A stretch of 64,000 bases of DNA. Origin: an uncultured Cytophagales bacterium. GTDB taxonomy: Bacteria > Bacteroidota > Bacteroidia > Cytophagales > JAAEPT01. The stretch spans positions 1,263 to 65,262 of the forward strand of contig CAZEGV010000004.1 of the NCBI GenBank assembly GCA_964511645.1, read 5' to 3'. The number at the start of each line of letters is the position of its first letter. The stretch's first letter is position 1. Under the pieces are notes generated by a model, which ran no database searches, was not told where the DNA came from, and worked only from the letters and a program-made list of their open reading frames with translations. Positions 1 through 8,561 of the stretch are shown here, piece by piece. Position numbers and translations under genes: made by a program.

Positions 1-1009
1 TCCATTGAGAAAGTGGTCTTGTATACCCTAAAGCAGAACCCATAATAGGAACCCAATCACCATGTCCTGTGTAATAATTACTTGCTGGTCTACTTATAGA
101 CCAAGTGTTACCATCGTGTTTTAAGGAAAGTGTGTGTCCGATTTCATGACTTGTTGCGGTAGCAGTATGCGGTGTGCTAAGTAAATCAGCATCTATAAGT
201 GCGGCGACGTCGTTTCCCCAAGAAGGGGTAATTGCAAGCCCTTTCCATGTGTGGGCTTTGGGTTGATAACCTATAATTGCTCTTTGCCTTTTTGCTTTAG
301 CGTAAGAATTAAATACGGTTAAACTTGTTGTTACATTGAAATTCCAAATGAGAAAGTCTTCAGATACCTCTTCCCAGATTTCATAAATTTGCGTATCAGT
401 TAAGTTAGCGTCATTCATTTTAATGTAGCCATACTGAGCTTGAGCCCAATATGCTCCTAGATTAGCCTCTCCGTCGGTGTCGATATAAATACAGTTAGGT
501 GCTCCTGGGAAACTTTCCAATTTTAGCACATCGGTATAGGTATCCATGTTTCCATAACGTTTTGAAGTACCTTTTTTACTTGTATGATTTTTAACTTTGG
601 TGTTTTCATAACAAGATGAAAGAAATTTGGTGATACTAACTTCAGTTGCTTTTATCTCCCCCAATTTATCAGTAGAAATCTCATAGGATTTTTCGCCTAA
701 CCAATGCCCTGTAAAACCGTTGTTTTCGAAACGAATATTTGAAACAATACCGGTTTCAGCATCGGAAACGATGAAGAAATGCTCGCCATCAGGATGTTTG
801 TTTATTGACCAATTAGTGAGATGAAGTTTGTTGGTGATTTTTAACACACTTGGACTATTTTTACTGAGGTTTAACCTGTTCTTTTTTAACTTTAAAGAAT
901 AGATAGAAAGAGTGTCTGCATAACCTTTTGCTTCGGCTAGATTTTTATTTTGTGAAAATAGAGTAATTACACTGAATAAAAGAGCTGTTAGAAAGTACTT
1001 TTTTTTCAT
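1..1009 (-). CDS. secreted zinc metalloprotease, metzincin/reprolysin-like (C-terminal part lies outside the window)
   Basis: My translation of the minus strand from ATG at 1009-1007 gives a signal-like N-terminus, MKKKYFLTALLFSVITLFSQ. The frame stays open to base 1. The zinc motif HEIGHTLSLKHDG (HExxHxxxxxH) is encoded around 112-150. It is absent from the ORF track because it is edge-truncated. Confidence 0.7.
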   Translation of the reverse strand, partial: MKKKYFLTALLFSVITLFSQNKNLAEAKGYADTLSIYSLKLKKNRLNLSKNSPSVLKITNKLHLTNWSINKHPDGEHFFIVSDAETGIVSNIRFENNGFTGHWLGEKSYEISTDKLGEIKATEVSITKFLSSCYENTKVKNHTSKKGTSKRYGNMDTYTDVLKLESFPGAPNCIYIDTDGEANLGAYWAQAQYGYIKMNDANLTDTQIYEIWEEVSEDFLIWNFNVTTSLTVFNSYAKAKRQRAIIGYQPKAHTWKGLAITPSWGNDVAALIDADLLSTPHTATATSHEIGHTLSLKHDGNTWSISRPASNYYTGHGDWVPIMGSALGYTRPLSQW

Positions 1010-1168
1010 ATCCTTGTTTTTAGTTTTTTTTTTTAAATTTAAGTCTCGCCTTGCTGTCTTCAGTTCTGTATCTTGCGTTACTTCTAAATGCAATATAGTA
1101 ATAAAATCAGAAAAAAAAAACGTAACTGAGATGAGAGGATTCCAAAATGAATGATGGAATGGTCTATA

Positions 1169-1231
1169 GGCTAAGGGTATTCAGGCACATCAGTCAAACC
1201 GTCTTATGAGCATCCTTCACGGGTTAAGACC
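1169..1231 (-). repeat. possible short, degenerate copy of the dispersed intergenic repeat family, lacking the central hairpin
   Basis: The minus-strand reading ..gctcataagacgg..gatgtgcctgaatacccttagcc resembles copy E (gcttcataaggtcggg..ggatgccactaccatccctaagcc). It is enclosed by an 8-bp inverted repeat aatggtct/agaccatt. Confidence 0.3.
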
Positions 1232-1493
1232 ATTACAAAACCTTATAATCATCTCCCCCTTTTTATATCCGATTTTTTTTGAGGTAAATATAAGTGTAGA
1301 AATAACCCTGTTTGAGCTATAAAGAAAAAATCAGCGAAGATAAACTAATCTACAACATATGTCTTTGATAAAATCTTGCCTACTAAAAGTAAACAACTAA
1401 ACAGTAAAAATCTAAATCATTTTTATTTCAAAAGATTACAATGATATCCATTTATTTTTGTAATATAGATTTTCAACCACAACTATTATTTTA

Positions 1494-3293
1494 GTGAAAA
1501 TAGCAGCAGCATCCCTTAATCAGACCCCAATAGACTGGGAAAACAACAAAAAAAACATTCTTGAAGCCATACACCAAGCTCAAAAAAAGAAAGTTGATTT
1601 ACTTTGCCTACCCGAACTTTGTATCACAGGCTACGGTTGTGAAGATATTTTCCTAAGCGATTGGGTTTACGAAAAAGCTGAGCAAGTTTTATTAGAAATT
1701 GTACCAGAAGTAACCAACATTACAGCAGTAATTGGGCTACCAATACTACGAAACGGAAAACGTTATAATACTGCATGTATTATAACAAATAAAAAAATAA
1801 AAGGATTTCACGCCAAAGTATTTTTGGCAAATGACGGAATTCATTACGAAAAACGTTGGTTTACTCCTTGGGTAAAAGGTCGCAAACATTTTTACACAAT
1901 AGACAATAACAGAGTACCTTTTGGAGAATACATTTACGAACTATACGGCAAGCGTGTAGGCATTGAGATTTGTGAAGACGCTTGGCATATAGAACGACCA
2001 GGATTACGCTACGATTATGAAGGCGTAGACATTATCCTCAATCCTAGTGCAAGTCACTTTGCCTTAGACAAAACAGACATCCGAAAAAAAATAGTAGAAG
2101 ACGCTTCCGCTAAATTTACTTGTACTTATGTATACGCCAATTTACTAGGAAACGAAGCAGGAAGAACCATTTATGATGGAGAAATCTTCTTTGCCGAACA
2201 AGGGGAAATAATAGGCAGAAATCAGCTTTTATCTTTCCAAAACGTCAACTTAATGGTATCTGACGAATTAGAAACTGCACCTTACCTATCCAAAGAAGAG
2301 CAATTCAGAGATGCCGTTTGCCTAGGATTATTCGACTATTTACGCAAAAGCAAAACCAAATCATTCATCCTATCACTTAGCGGAGGCGCCGACTCATCAG
2401 CCTGTGCCGTACTGGTTTACCTTATGCTTCAGAAAGCAATACAAGAGCTAGGATTTGATTTGACTTGCAAAAAAATAGGTCTAATATTTTCATCCGAAAA
2501 AGAACTCTATTCCAAAATGCTAATCACAGCATATCAAGCCACCAAAAACTCTGGAAACGAAACATTTACAGCAGCGAAAAAATTAGCAAATTCTATTGGA
2601 GCTACTTTTTATAACTGGGAAATTGACGATGAAGTAAACTCTTACACCCAAAAAATAGAAAACGCAATAGGCAGAAACCTAACTTGGACAACCGATGACA
2701 TCACCTTACAAAATATCCAAGCACGTACCCGATCACCAATTATATGGATGCTTGCCAATATTTATCACGGACTTTTGCTCACCACATCCAACCGAAGTGA
2801 AGGCGATGTAGGTTATGCCACAATGGACGGAGACACCAGTGGGAGCATAGCTCCAATAGCAGGAATCGATAAAGATTTCTTACGTAAATGGCTCGTATGG
2901 GCAGAAAAAAAAGAAAACCTATCAGGGCTATCTTACGTCAACAACCTTGAACCTACCGCAGAATTACGACCTCAAGACCAACACCAATCTGACGAAGATG
3001 ACCTAATGCCCTACCACATCATGAAAGAGATAGAAAAACTAGCTATTGGGAAATACAAATCCCCCATTGATACCTATCAATTATTACAAAACAAGAACCT
3101 TTGCCAAGCAGATTTATTAAAAACATATATTAAAAAATTCTTCCGACTGTGGTCATACAACCAATGGAAAAGAGAACGACTAGCACCAAACTTTCACTTA
3201 GACGAATTTAATATTGACCCTCGCTCATGGTATCGTTTTCCGATACTTAGTGGCTCGTACCAAGAAGAACTATCAGCGTTAGACAAATATTAG
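1494..3293 (+). CDS. nadE: glutamine-dependent NAD+ synthetase
   Basis: 599 aa with a GTG start. The N-terminal CN-hydrolase domain shows CLPELCITGYGCEDIF. The C-terminal NAD synthase domain carries the PP-loop SLSGGADSS. Confidence 0.9.
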   Translation: MKIAAASLNQTPIDWENNKKNILEAIHQAQKKKVDLLCLPELCITGYGCEDIFLSDWVYEKAEQVLLEIVPEVTNITAVIGLPILRNGKRYNTACIITNKKIKGFHAKVFLANDGIHYEKRWFTPWVKGRKHFYTIDNNRVPFGEYIYELYGKRVGIEICEDAWHIERPGLRYDYEGVDIILNPSASHFALDKTDIRKKIVEDASAKFTCTYVYANLLGNEAGRTIYDGEIFFAEQGEIIGRNQLLSFQNVNLMVSDELETAPYLSKEEQFRDAVCLGLFDYLRKSKTKSFILSLSGGADSSACAVLVYLMLQKAIQELGFDLTCKKIGLIFSSEKELYSKMLITAYQATKNSGNETFTAAKKLANSIGATFYNWEIDDEVNSYTQKIENAIGRNLTWTTDDITLQNIQARTRSPIIWMLANIYHGLLLTTSNRSEGDVGYATMDGDTSGSIAPIAGIDKDFLRKWLVWAEKKENLSGLSYVNNLEPTAELRPQDQHQSDEDDLMPYHIMKEIEKLAIGKYKSPIDTYQLLQNKNLCQADLLKTYIKKFFRLWSYNQWKRERLAPNFHLDEFNIDPRSWYRFPILSGSYQEELSALDKY

Positions 3294-3405
3294 GAGCTTC
3301 CCTCACTCGCTAAAAACGCTTCATAAGGTCGGGCTGTTCGTTATATCTTTTTTATTTGTATATTGTATAAAAGATAAAAAAGGATGCCACTACCATCCCT
3401 AAGCC
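3294..3405 (+). repeat. dispersed intergenic repeat, copy E (gagcttccc..ggtcgggct..hairpin..atccctaagcc)
   Basis: Shares the conserved blocks GGTCGGGCT and ATCCCTAAGCC with the copies at 8462, 26291, 34083 and 36682. It starts at the base after the nadE TAG. Confidence 0.75.
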
Positions 3406-3428
3406 ACACACGTAAAAAAACAACTACG

Positions 3429-5666
3429 ATGAAGCATCTATTAGTTTTTCGCATAACTCTTATCCTTATCACAGGAACCTGTTTCTCTCAAAGACCTCCA
3501 TATATTATTGTTGATCAATTTGGTTACCTCCCAGAAGCAAAAAAAATAGCCGTACTCAAAAACCCACAAACAGGCTTTGACAACAGTAATACTTACACAC
3601 CAAGCCCAACAATATCACTCATCAACAAAACCACCGGCTCTACAATCTTTACCGCTAGTCCACAAATATGGAATAACGGTAATACAGACCCATCTTCAGG
3701 AGACAAAGTATGGAGATTTGATTTTAGCTCCATCACCACAATAGGTGAATACTACATCCAAGATATCGCCAACAACGAAACATCTTACACTTTTGTAATA
3801 TCCGACACCGTTTATAACGCTGCACTCAAACACGCCTTTAGGTATTTTTATTATCAACGTTCTAACTTCTCCAAAGAAGCTCAATATGCAGGAAATTGGA
3901 CTGACGGGATAGACCATATGGGTCCTCTTCAAGATGCCGAATGTAGGTTATATTCTACCAAAACAGACATTTCAACCCAGCGTGACTTACGTGGTGGTTG
4001 GTATGATGCTGGCGATTATAACAAATACACATCATGGACAGCCGACTATATCATCCAACTCTTAATGACATACAAAGAAAACCCAAGCATCTGGACAGAT
4101 GATTTTGGTATTCCAGAATCAGAAAATGGAATTTCAGACCTCTTGGATGAAATAAAATACGGATTAGACCATCTTTTACGGCTTCAAGAAAGCAATGGAG
4201 GATTATTATCAGTAGTCTCTTGCGGAGATGCAAGTCCACCTAGTACCGCAACAGCTCAAAGCCTTTATGGACCTGCTACAACTAATTCCTCACTAATGGG
4301 AGCTTCAGCTTTTGCACTAGCAGCTACCATTTACACTGATAACACCTATAATCAAACACTTAAAATCGCAGCAGAAAATGCTTGGAGTTTTGCTATTGAC
4401 AACCCCAATCTAAAATTCTACAATAATGACGCAACTTACGGCACACAAGGAATAGCAGCAGGGCAACAAGAAGTAAATGATTACAAAAGGGCAATGTCCA
4501 AACTAAAAGCAGCAGCTTACTTATATGCCGCTACAGGAAACAACACTTACAAAATATTTTTTGAGAATAATTACACTAATGCTCATATGATTCAATGGTA
4601 CTATGTATATCCATTTGAGGCTCAAATACAAGATATGCTTTTGTACTACGCCTCTCTTACCGGAATAAATAACACCGTTTCAAACACCATCATATCACGG
4701 TATCAAGCAGGCATGGATAAAGACGAAATCTTTATTGCTTATGACAATGACAACGACTCTTATCTATCTCACCTCAAAGATTACACTTGGGGTAGTAATG
4801 GGCAAAAATCAAAAGTAGGCTTAGAATACATGAACCTTATCAATTATAACATTTACACCGCACGCCATACTGATGCCAAAAATGCAGCTTCGCATTATAT
4901 ACACTACCTACACGGAGTTAATCCTAAAAACATAAGCTACCTCACTAACATGAATAATTTGGGGGCTGAAAACTCGGTCAATGAAATTTTTCATTCTTGG
5001 TTTAATGATGATAACCCATTATATGATAGAGTTGGCGTATCTACTTATGGTCCAGCTCCTGGCTTCCTAGCAGGCGGTCCCAACCCTAATTATAGCATAG
5101 ACGGGTGTTGCCCTAATGATTGTGATGGAGTTGCTAATAATGCAAAATGTTTATCCGAAGATTTAAGTATCATCTTAAATCAACCCGATCAAAAGTCTTA
5201 TAAAGACTTTAACAACTCTTGGCCATTAAATTCATGGGAAGTAACTGAAAATAGTAATAATTATCAAGTGCACTACCTAAGATTATTAGCCAATTTCATT
5301 AAAAAACCTGACTGCAATGGTGACAAGGGAGGTACAGCAATTGTTGATTCTTGCGGAACTTGTGTAGAAGGTAATACAGGGATAACAGGGATATATAACC
5401 CTAACTTATGTATTACAGGAATTAAAGAATATAAACACCGTTTTTCCTTTTCAGTTTACCCCAACCCTATTAACGATGAGATTACCCTTTCTAGCTCTAT
5501 ACCAGGCATTAGTGAAGTATCCGATGTAAAGGGGAATTTAAAAGCGACATTGGGCATCGGTAACTCAAACAAAAAAATAAATCTATCAAATTGGGAATCA
5601 GGGATTTATATATTCAGAATAAGTACTTCAAAAGGTAATCAAACTATCAAAATCACTAAACTTTAA
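3429..5666 (+). CDS. glycoside hydrolase family 9 endoglucanase-like enzyme with a T9SS C-terminal sorting domain
   Basis: GH9-type motifs RGGWYDAGDYNKY and HYLHGVNP are present. The signal-peptide start is MKHLLVFRITLILITGTCFSQ at 3429. The C-terminus (VYPNPINDEITL...GIYIFRI...KITKL) resembles a Por_Secre_tail domain. The ORF-track start at 3384 lies inside the repeat and is probably spurious. Confidence 0.8.
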   Translation: MKHLLVFRITLILITGTCFSQRPPYIIVDQFGYLPEAKKIAVLKNPQTGFDNSNTYTPSPTISLINKTTGSTIFTASPQIWNNGNTDPSSGDKVWRFDFSSITTIGEYYIQDIANNETSYTFVISDTVYNAALKHAFRYFYYQRSNFSKEAQYAGNWTDGIDHMGPLQDAECRLYSTKTDISTQRDLRGGWYDAGDYNKYTSWTADYIIQLLMTYKENPSIWTDDFGIPESENGISDLLDEIKYGLDHLLRLQESNGGLLSVVSCGDASPPSTATAQSLYGPATTNSSLMGASAFALAATIYTDNTYNQTLKIAAENAWSFAIDNPNLKFYNNDATYGTQGIAAGQQEVNDYKRAMSKLKAAAYLYAATGNNTYKIFFENNYTNAHMIQWYYVYPFEAQIQDMLLYYASLTGINNTVSNTIISRYQAGMDKDEIFIAYDNDNDSYLSHLKDYTWGSNGQKSKVGLEYMNLINYNIYTARHTDAKNAASHYIHYLHGVNPKNISYLTNMNNLGAENSVNEIFHSWFNDDNPLYDRVGVSTYGPAPGFLAGGPNPNYSIDGCCPNDCDGVANNAKCLSEDLSIILNQPDQKSYKDFNNSWPLNSWEVTENSNNYQVHYLRLLANFIKKPDCNGDKGGTAIVDSCGTCVEGNTGITGIYNPNLCITGIKEYKHRFSFSVYPNPINDEITLSSSIPGISEVSDVKGNLKATLGIGNSNKKINLSNWESGIYIFRISTSKGNQTIKITKL

Positions 5667-5732
5667 AACCTCCTTTTTATTAATTTAATTTTTGCTATTT
5701 TAGGTTAAATTGGTTTATATGTGATAAAGAAT

Positions 5733-5740
5733 TATCTTTG
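5733..5740 (+). promoter_or_regulatory. Bacteroidota -7 promoter element (TAnnTTTG): TATCTTTG
   Basis: Exact match to the established Bacteroidota sigma-A -7 consensus, about 50 nt upstream of the E2 start codon. Confidence 0.4.
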
Positions 5741-5789
5741 TAAAATTACATGAGTGATAACTAGTATTCCAAAAATTTAAAATTACAAT

Positions 5790-7118
5790 ATGGCTATAGT
5801 AGAGGTTCGTATGCCCAAAATGGGAGAAAGTGTGATTGAAGGCACCATTTTGAAATGGATGAAGGGAGTTGGTGATAAGATCAATGAAGACGACTCTTTA
5901 CTAGAAGTAGGTACAGACAAAGTAGATACCGAAATACCGGCACCTAGTGATGGTGTTATTAAAACTTTACTCTACAAAGAAGGTGACGTCGTGCAAGTAG
6001 GACTTCCTATTGCTGAGATAGAAACCAACGGAACAGTAGCAACACCTAAACCCTCTCCTGCTATAGATAGTGCACCTATACAAAAATCAAATAACGACAT
6101 ACCTGGAACTGAGCTACTACAACCAATCACAGAAGTTACAACACCTGTAAACTTAAACGGTAGCAACAATGGATTTTTCTCTCCTTTGGTACTCAATATT
6201 GCCAAAAATGAAGACATATCATTTGAAGAATTAAGCAAAATAGCGGGAAGCGGAAAAGATGGAAGAGTTACTAAAAAAGATATTCTCAGCTTAGTTGAGA
6301 ATAAATCTAACAATGTCCCAATCACTGCTCAAGTAGAAACTACTAAATCAATCATATCTTCTCCTGCAACACCTGTATCGTCACCAGCTAAGTCGATAAG
6401 CGGAGAACATGAAATAATAGAAATGGGGCGTATGCGTCAGATAATTGCCAAAAGAATGGTAGAATCGATGCAAATCGCACCTCACGTTACTTCTTTTGTA
6501 GAAGCAGATGTCACCAATGTAGTTTTCTGGAGAAATAGACTCAAAACACATTTTAAAGAAAAAGAAGGTGTAGCTTTAACACTAACACCGTTATTTATAG
6601 AAGCCGTAGTAAAGTCTCTCAAAGACTACCCTATGATGAACGTATCGGTAGATGATAGCGGTAGCCGTATTATTGTCAAAAAAGACATTAATATAGGTAT
6701 TGCCGTAGCTTTACCTAGTGGAGACTTAATTGTGCCTGTTATTCATAATGCTGACCGATACAATCTCGTGGGGCTTACTACAAAGGTAAATGATTTAGCT
6801 AGACGTGCTAAACAAAACCAACTAAGTCCAGACGACCTACAAGGCGGCACATACACTATCTCAAATATGGGTTCTTTTGGCAATGTAATGGGTACACCTA
6901 TACTTGTACAACCTCAAGTAGGTATTTTGGCACTTGGTGCGATACAAAAGAAACCCGCAGTAATAGAAACTGACCAAGGAGATACTATTGGAATTAGACA
7001 TATGATGTACTTATCACATACTTATGATCACAGAGTAGTTGATGGTTCTTTAGGAGGGATGTTCGTACGAAAAGTAGCTGACTATCTTGAAGGGTTTGAT
7101 TTAGACAGAGAGGTTTAA
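5790..7118 (+). CDS. 2-oxo acid dehydrogenase E2 component (dihydrolipoamide acyltransferase)
   Basis: Lipoyl domain (EVGTDKVDTEIPAPSDG), a peripheral-subunit-binding segment (SPLVLNIAKNEDISFEELSKIAGSGKDGRVTKKDI) and a catalytic domain with HTYDHRVVDG. Confidence 0.85.
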   Translation: MAIVEVRMPKMGESVIEGTILKWMKGVGDKINEDDSLLEVGTDKVDTEIPAPSDGVIKTLLYKEGDVVQVGLPIAEIETNGTVATPKPSPAIDSAPIQKSNNDIPGTELLQPITEVTTPVNLNGSNNGFFSPLVLNIAKNEDISFEELSKIAGSGKDGRVTKKDILSLVENKSNNVPITAQVETTKSIISSPATPVSSPAKSISGEHEIIEMGRMRQIIAKRMVESMQIAPHVTSFVEADVTNVVFWRNRLKTHFKEKEGVALTLTPLFIEAVVKSLKDYPMMNVSVDDSGSRIIVKKDINIGIAVALPSGDLIVPVIHNADRYNLVGLTTKVNDLARRAKQNQLSPDDLQGGTYTISNMGSFGNVMGTPILVQPQVGILALGAIQKKPAVIETDQGDTIGIRHMMYLSHTYDHRVVDGSLGGMFVRKVADYLEGFDLDREV

Positions 7119-7134
7119 TAGCATCAAACCTCTC
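7108..7134. terminator. hairpin between convergent genes (gagaggttt / aaacctctc)
   Basis: A 9-bp perfect stem overlaps the E2 stop codon in the 28-nt gap between convergent genes. There is no clear T-tract. Confidence 0.35.
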
Positions 7135-7146
7135 GTCTTATAAAAA

Positions 7147-8400
7147 TTAACGTGTTCTAATCGCTTTCACAAATACCCCCTGACTATCTTTTGTGTCATA
7201 AATCTCAATAATCCCTTCAGCATCCAATCCTCTTGCGATAGAATAAGCTGGACCAAAGGCATAACCTTTTTTCGGTAAATCAGATTTTACAAAATGTTGT
7301 AAGTCAACAAAACCACTTGATTTGCTTTCTACTTCTTTTAACTCTTTCACCAAACCTTCTTTAGATATAATATTAAAAGCATCAAGTGACACTTCTTTTA
7401 CTGGCTGTGGTTTCTTCTCTACTACTTGTTGAACAGAAGCTGCTGGAGTTATTACTTCTTTAACTTCAGTTATTGGGTTTAGCTTTACACTAATTGGTTT
7501 AGCAACTGTTACTTTCTTTACTTGAGCCTGTGGCTTAATTTTAACAACTTTTACTTTTGCTGTTTTTTTCTTTACCGCTTTGGTTGTAGCTACTACTTTT
7601 TTAGGTTTAGCGGTAGGTGTACTTTTCTTCACTATACTTGTTGTGGGTTTTACTACTTGTTTTGAAATAACTGCAGTTACCTCTTTAGCTAATTTCTCAG
7701 CATCTTTTAAGTCCTTAGAAGAAGGGAATCCAGCATAATGCATGTCATTTAATTCCTTCCACTTATTCAATACTTTTTTATTTGGGAATGCTAGATCTAA
7801 TATTTTGGTATTATTTAATAAGTCTCTAAGCTCTTCCTTAGTGGTTAGTGAAATACTTAAGTCTATCAATCCGTTAGACGTTCTTTCTTTAACATGCCCA
7901 GAGATTATCTTTTTTGATTTTGATTCCCACCATTTTGATCCTTCTCCTTCTGCACAAAATTTACTTAGGCTATTTCTAATTGCAACTTCTAGTTGGTTGA
8001 CAAGTGGGGAGATTGATAATGAAACGTGGTCAGAAACTTCGTCTACTAATAATTGAATATTTGTAAATCCTAGTTTTTTACGGACATGAGTTAATAAATC
8101 ATGGCGAAATGAGTCTAGTTTGGCTAAACTTGTACTTGATAAACTAATAATAAAATGCTCGCTTCCTTTTGAAGTTTCTTGTATTTTTAAGTTAATCCCT
8201 AGCTTTTTATCTTGTATAACACTTTCTTTGGTGGTGTTTTTTAAAACTGCATTAGTCCATAATTTGTCTGAGTAGCACAATGCCATTGCTAATGATCTGA
8301 ATGTTTTAATTTCTGATTTCCCTGATGTGTCAGAGATCAATATTTCGTATTGGAATGTTTGGTTTTTGTTTATCATAGCTTTTTTTTTAGACTTGCTCAC
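7147..8400 (-). CDS. hypothetical protein with an unknown N-terminal region, a Lys/Val/Pro-rich histone-H1-like linker and a small C-terminal globular domain
   Basis: 417-aa ORF with a GTG start (alternative ATG at 8376). The low-complexity stretch is KPKKVVATTKAVKKKTAKVKVVKIKPQAQVKKVTVAKP. I recognise no family motif with confidence. Confidence 0.65.
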   Translation of the reverse strand: MSKSKKKAMINKNQTFQYEILISDTSGKSEIKTFRSLAMALCYSDKLWTNAVLKNTTKESVIQDKKLGINLKIQETSKGSEHFIISLSSTSLAKLDSFRHDLLTHVRKKLGFTNIQLLVDEVSDHVSLSISPLVNQLEVAIRNSLSKFCAEGEGSKWWESKSKKIISGHVKERTSNGLIDLSISLTTKEELRDLLNNTKILDLAFPNKKVLNKWKELNDMHYAGFPSSKDLKDAEKLAKEVTAVISKQVVKPTTSIVKKSTPTAKPKKVVATTKAVKKKTAKVKVVKIKPQAQVKKVTVAKPISVKLNPITEVKEVITPAASVQQVVEKKPQPVKEVSLDAFNIISKEGLVKELKEVESKSSGFVDLQHFVKSDLPKKGYAFGPAYSIARGLDAEGIIEIYDTKDSQGVFVKAIRTR

Positions 8401-8461
8401 TTGAACAGCTTTTCAAAATAAGTATAATATTTAATTTAACCAAGAAAAATAGGATAGAAAT

Positions 8462-8547
8462 GGCTTAGGGATTGACGTGGAAATCCTTCCCGATTTTTTT
8501 TCGGGAAGATTGGGAACAAAAAGCCCGACCGACAGGGAAGCCCCCAA
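8462..8547 (-). repeat. dispersed intergenic repeat, copy A
   Basis: Plus strand reads ggcttagggattgacgtggaaatccttcccgatttttttttcgggaagattgggaacaaaaagcccgaccgacagggaagccccc. This is the reverse complement of the C/D/E orientation. Confidence 0.8.
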
Positions 8548-8561
8548 TTTTCAAATCTAAA

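Noticed and set aside
1141-1240. SRP RNA, 6S RNA or a riboswitch upstream of nadE
   Set aside because: I could find no conserved SRP domain IV motif and no riboswitch core. The similarity to the repeat family is the simpler explanation.
3384-3428. N-terminal extension of the GH9 ORF (MPLPSLSHTRKKTTT) as given in the ORF track
   Set aside because: These codons lie inside repeat copy E. A proper signal peptide starts at the ATG at 3429.
3696-6325. Antisense ORFs 3696-3932, 4051-4239 and 5972-6325 inside the GH9 and E2 genes
   Set aside because: These are shadow ORFs opposite well-supported genes. They have no motifs and low-complexity composition.
5790-7118. A stand-alone E2 acyltransferase without E1 or E3 neighbours as an anomaly
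   Set aside because: Split 2-oxo acid dehydrogenase loci are common. The partner genes may simply lie outside this window, and nothing in the sequence itself is unusual.
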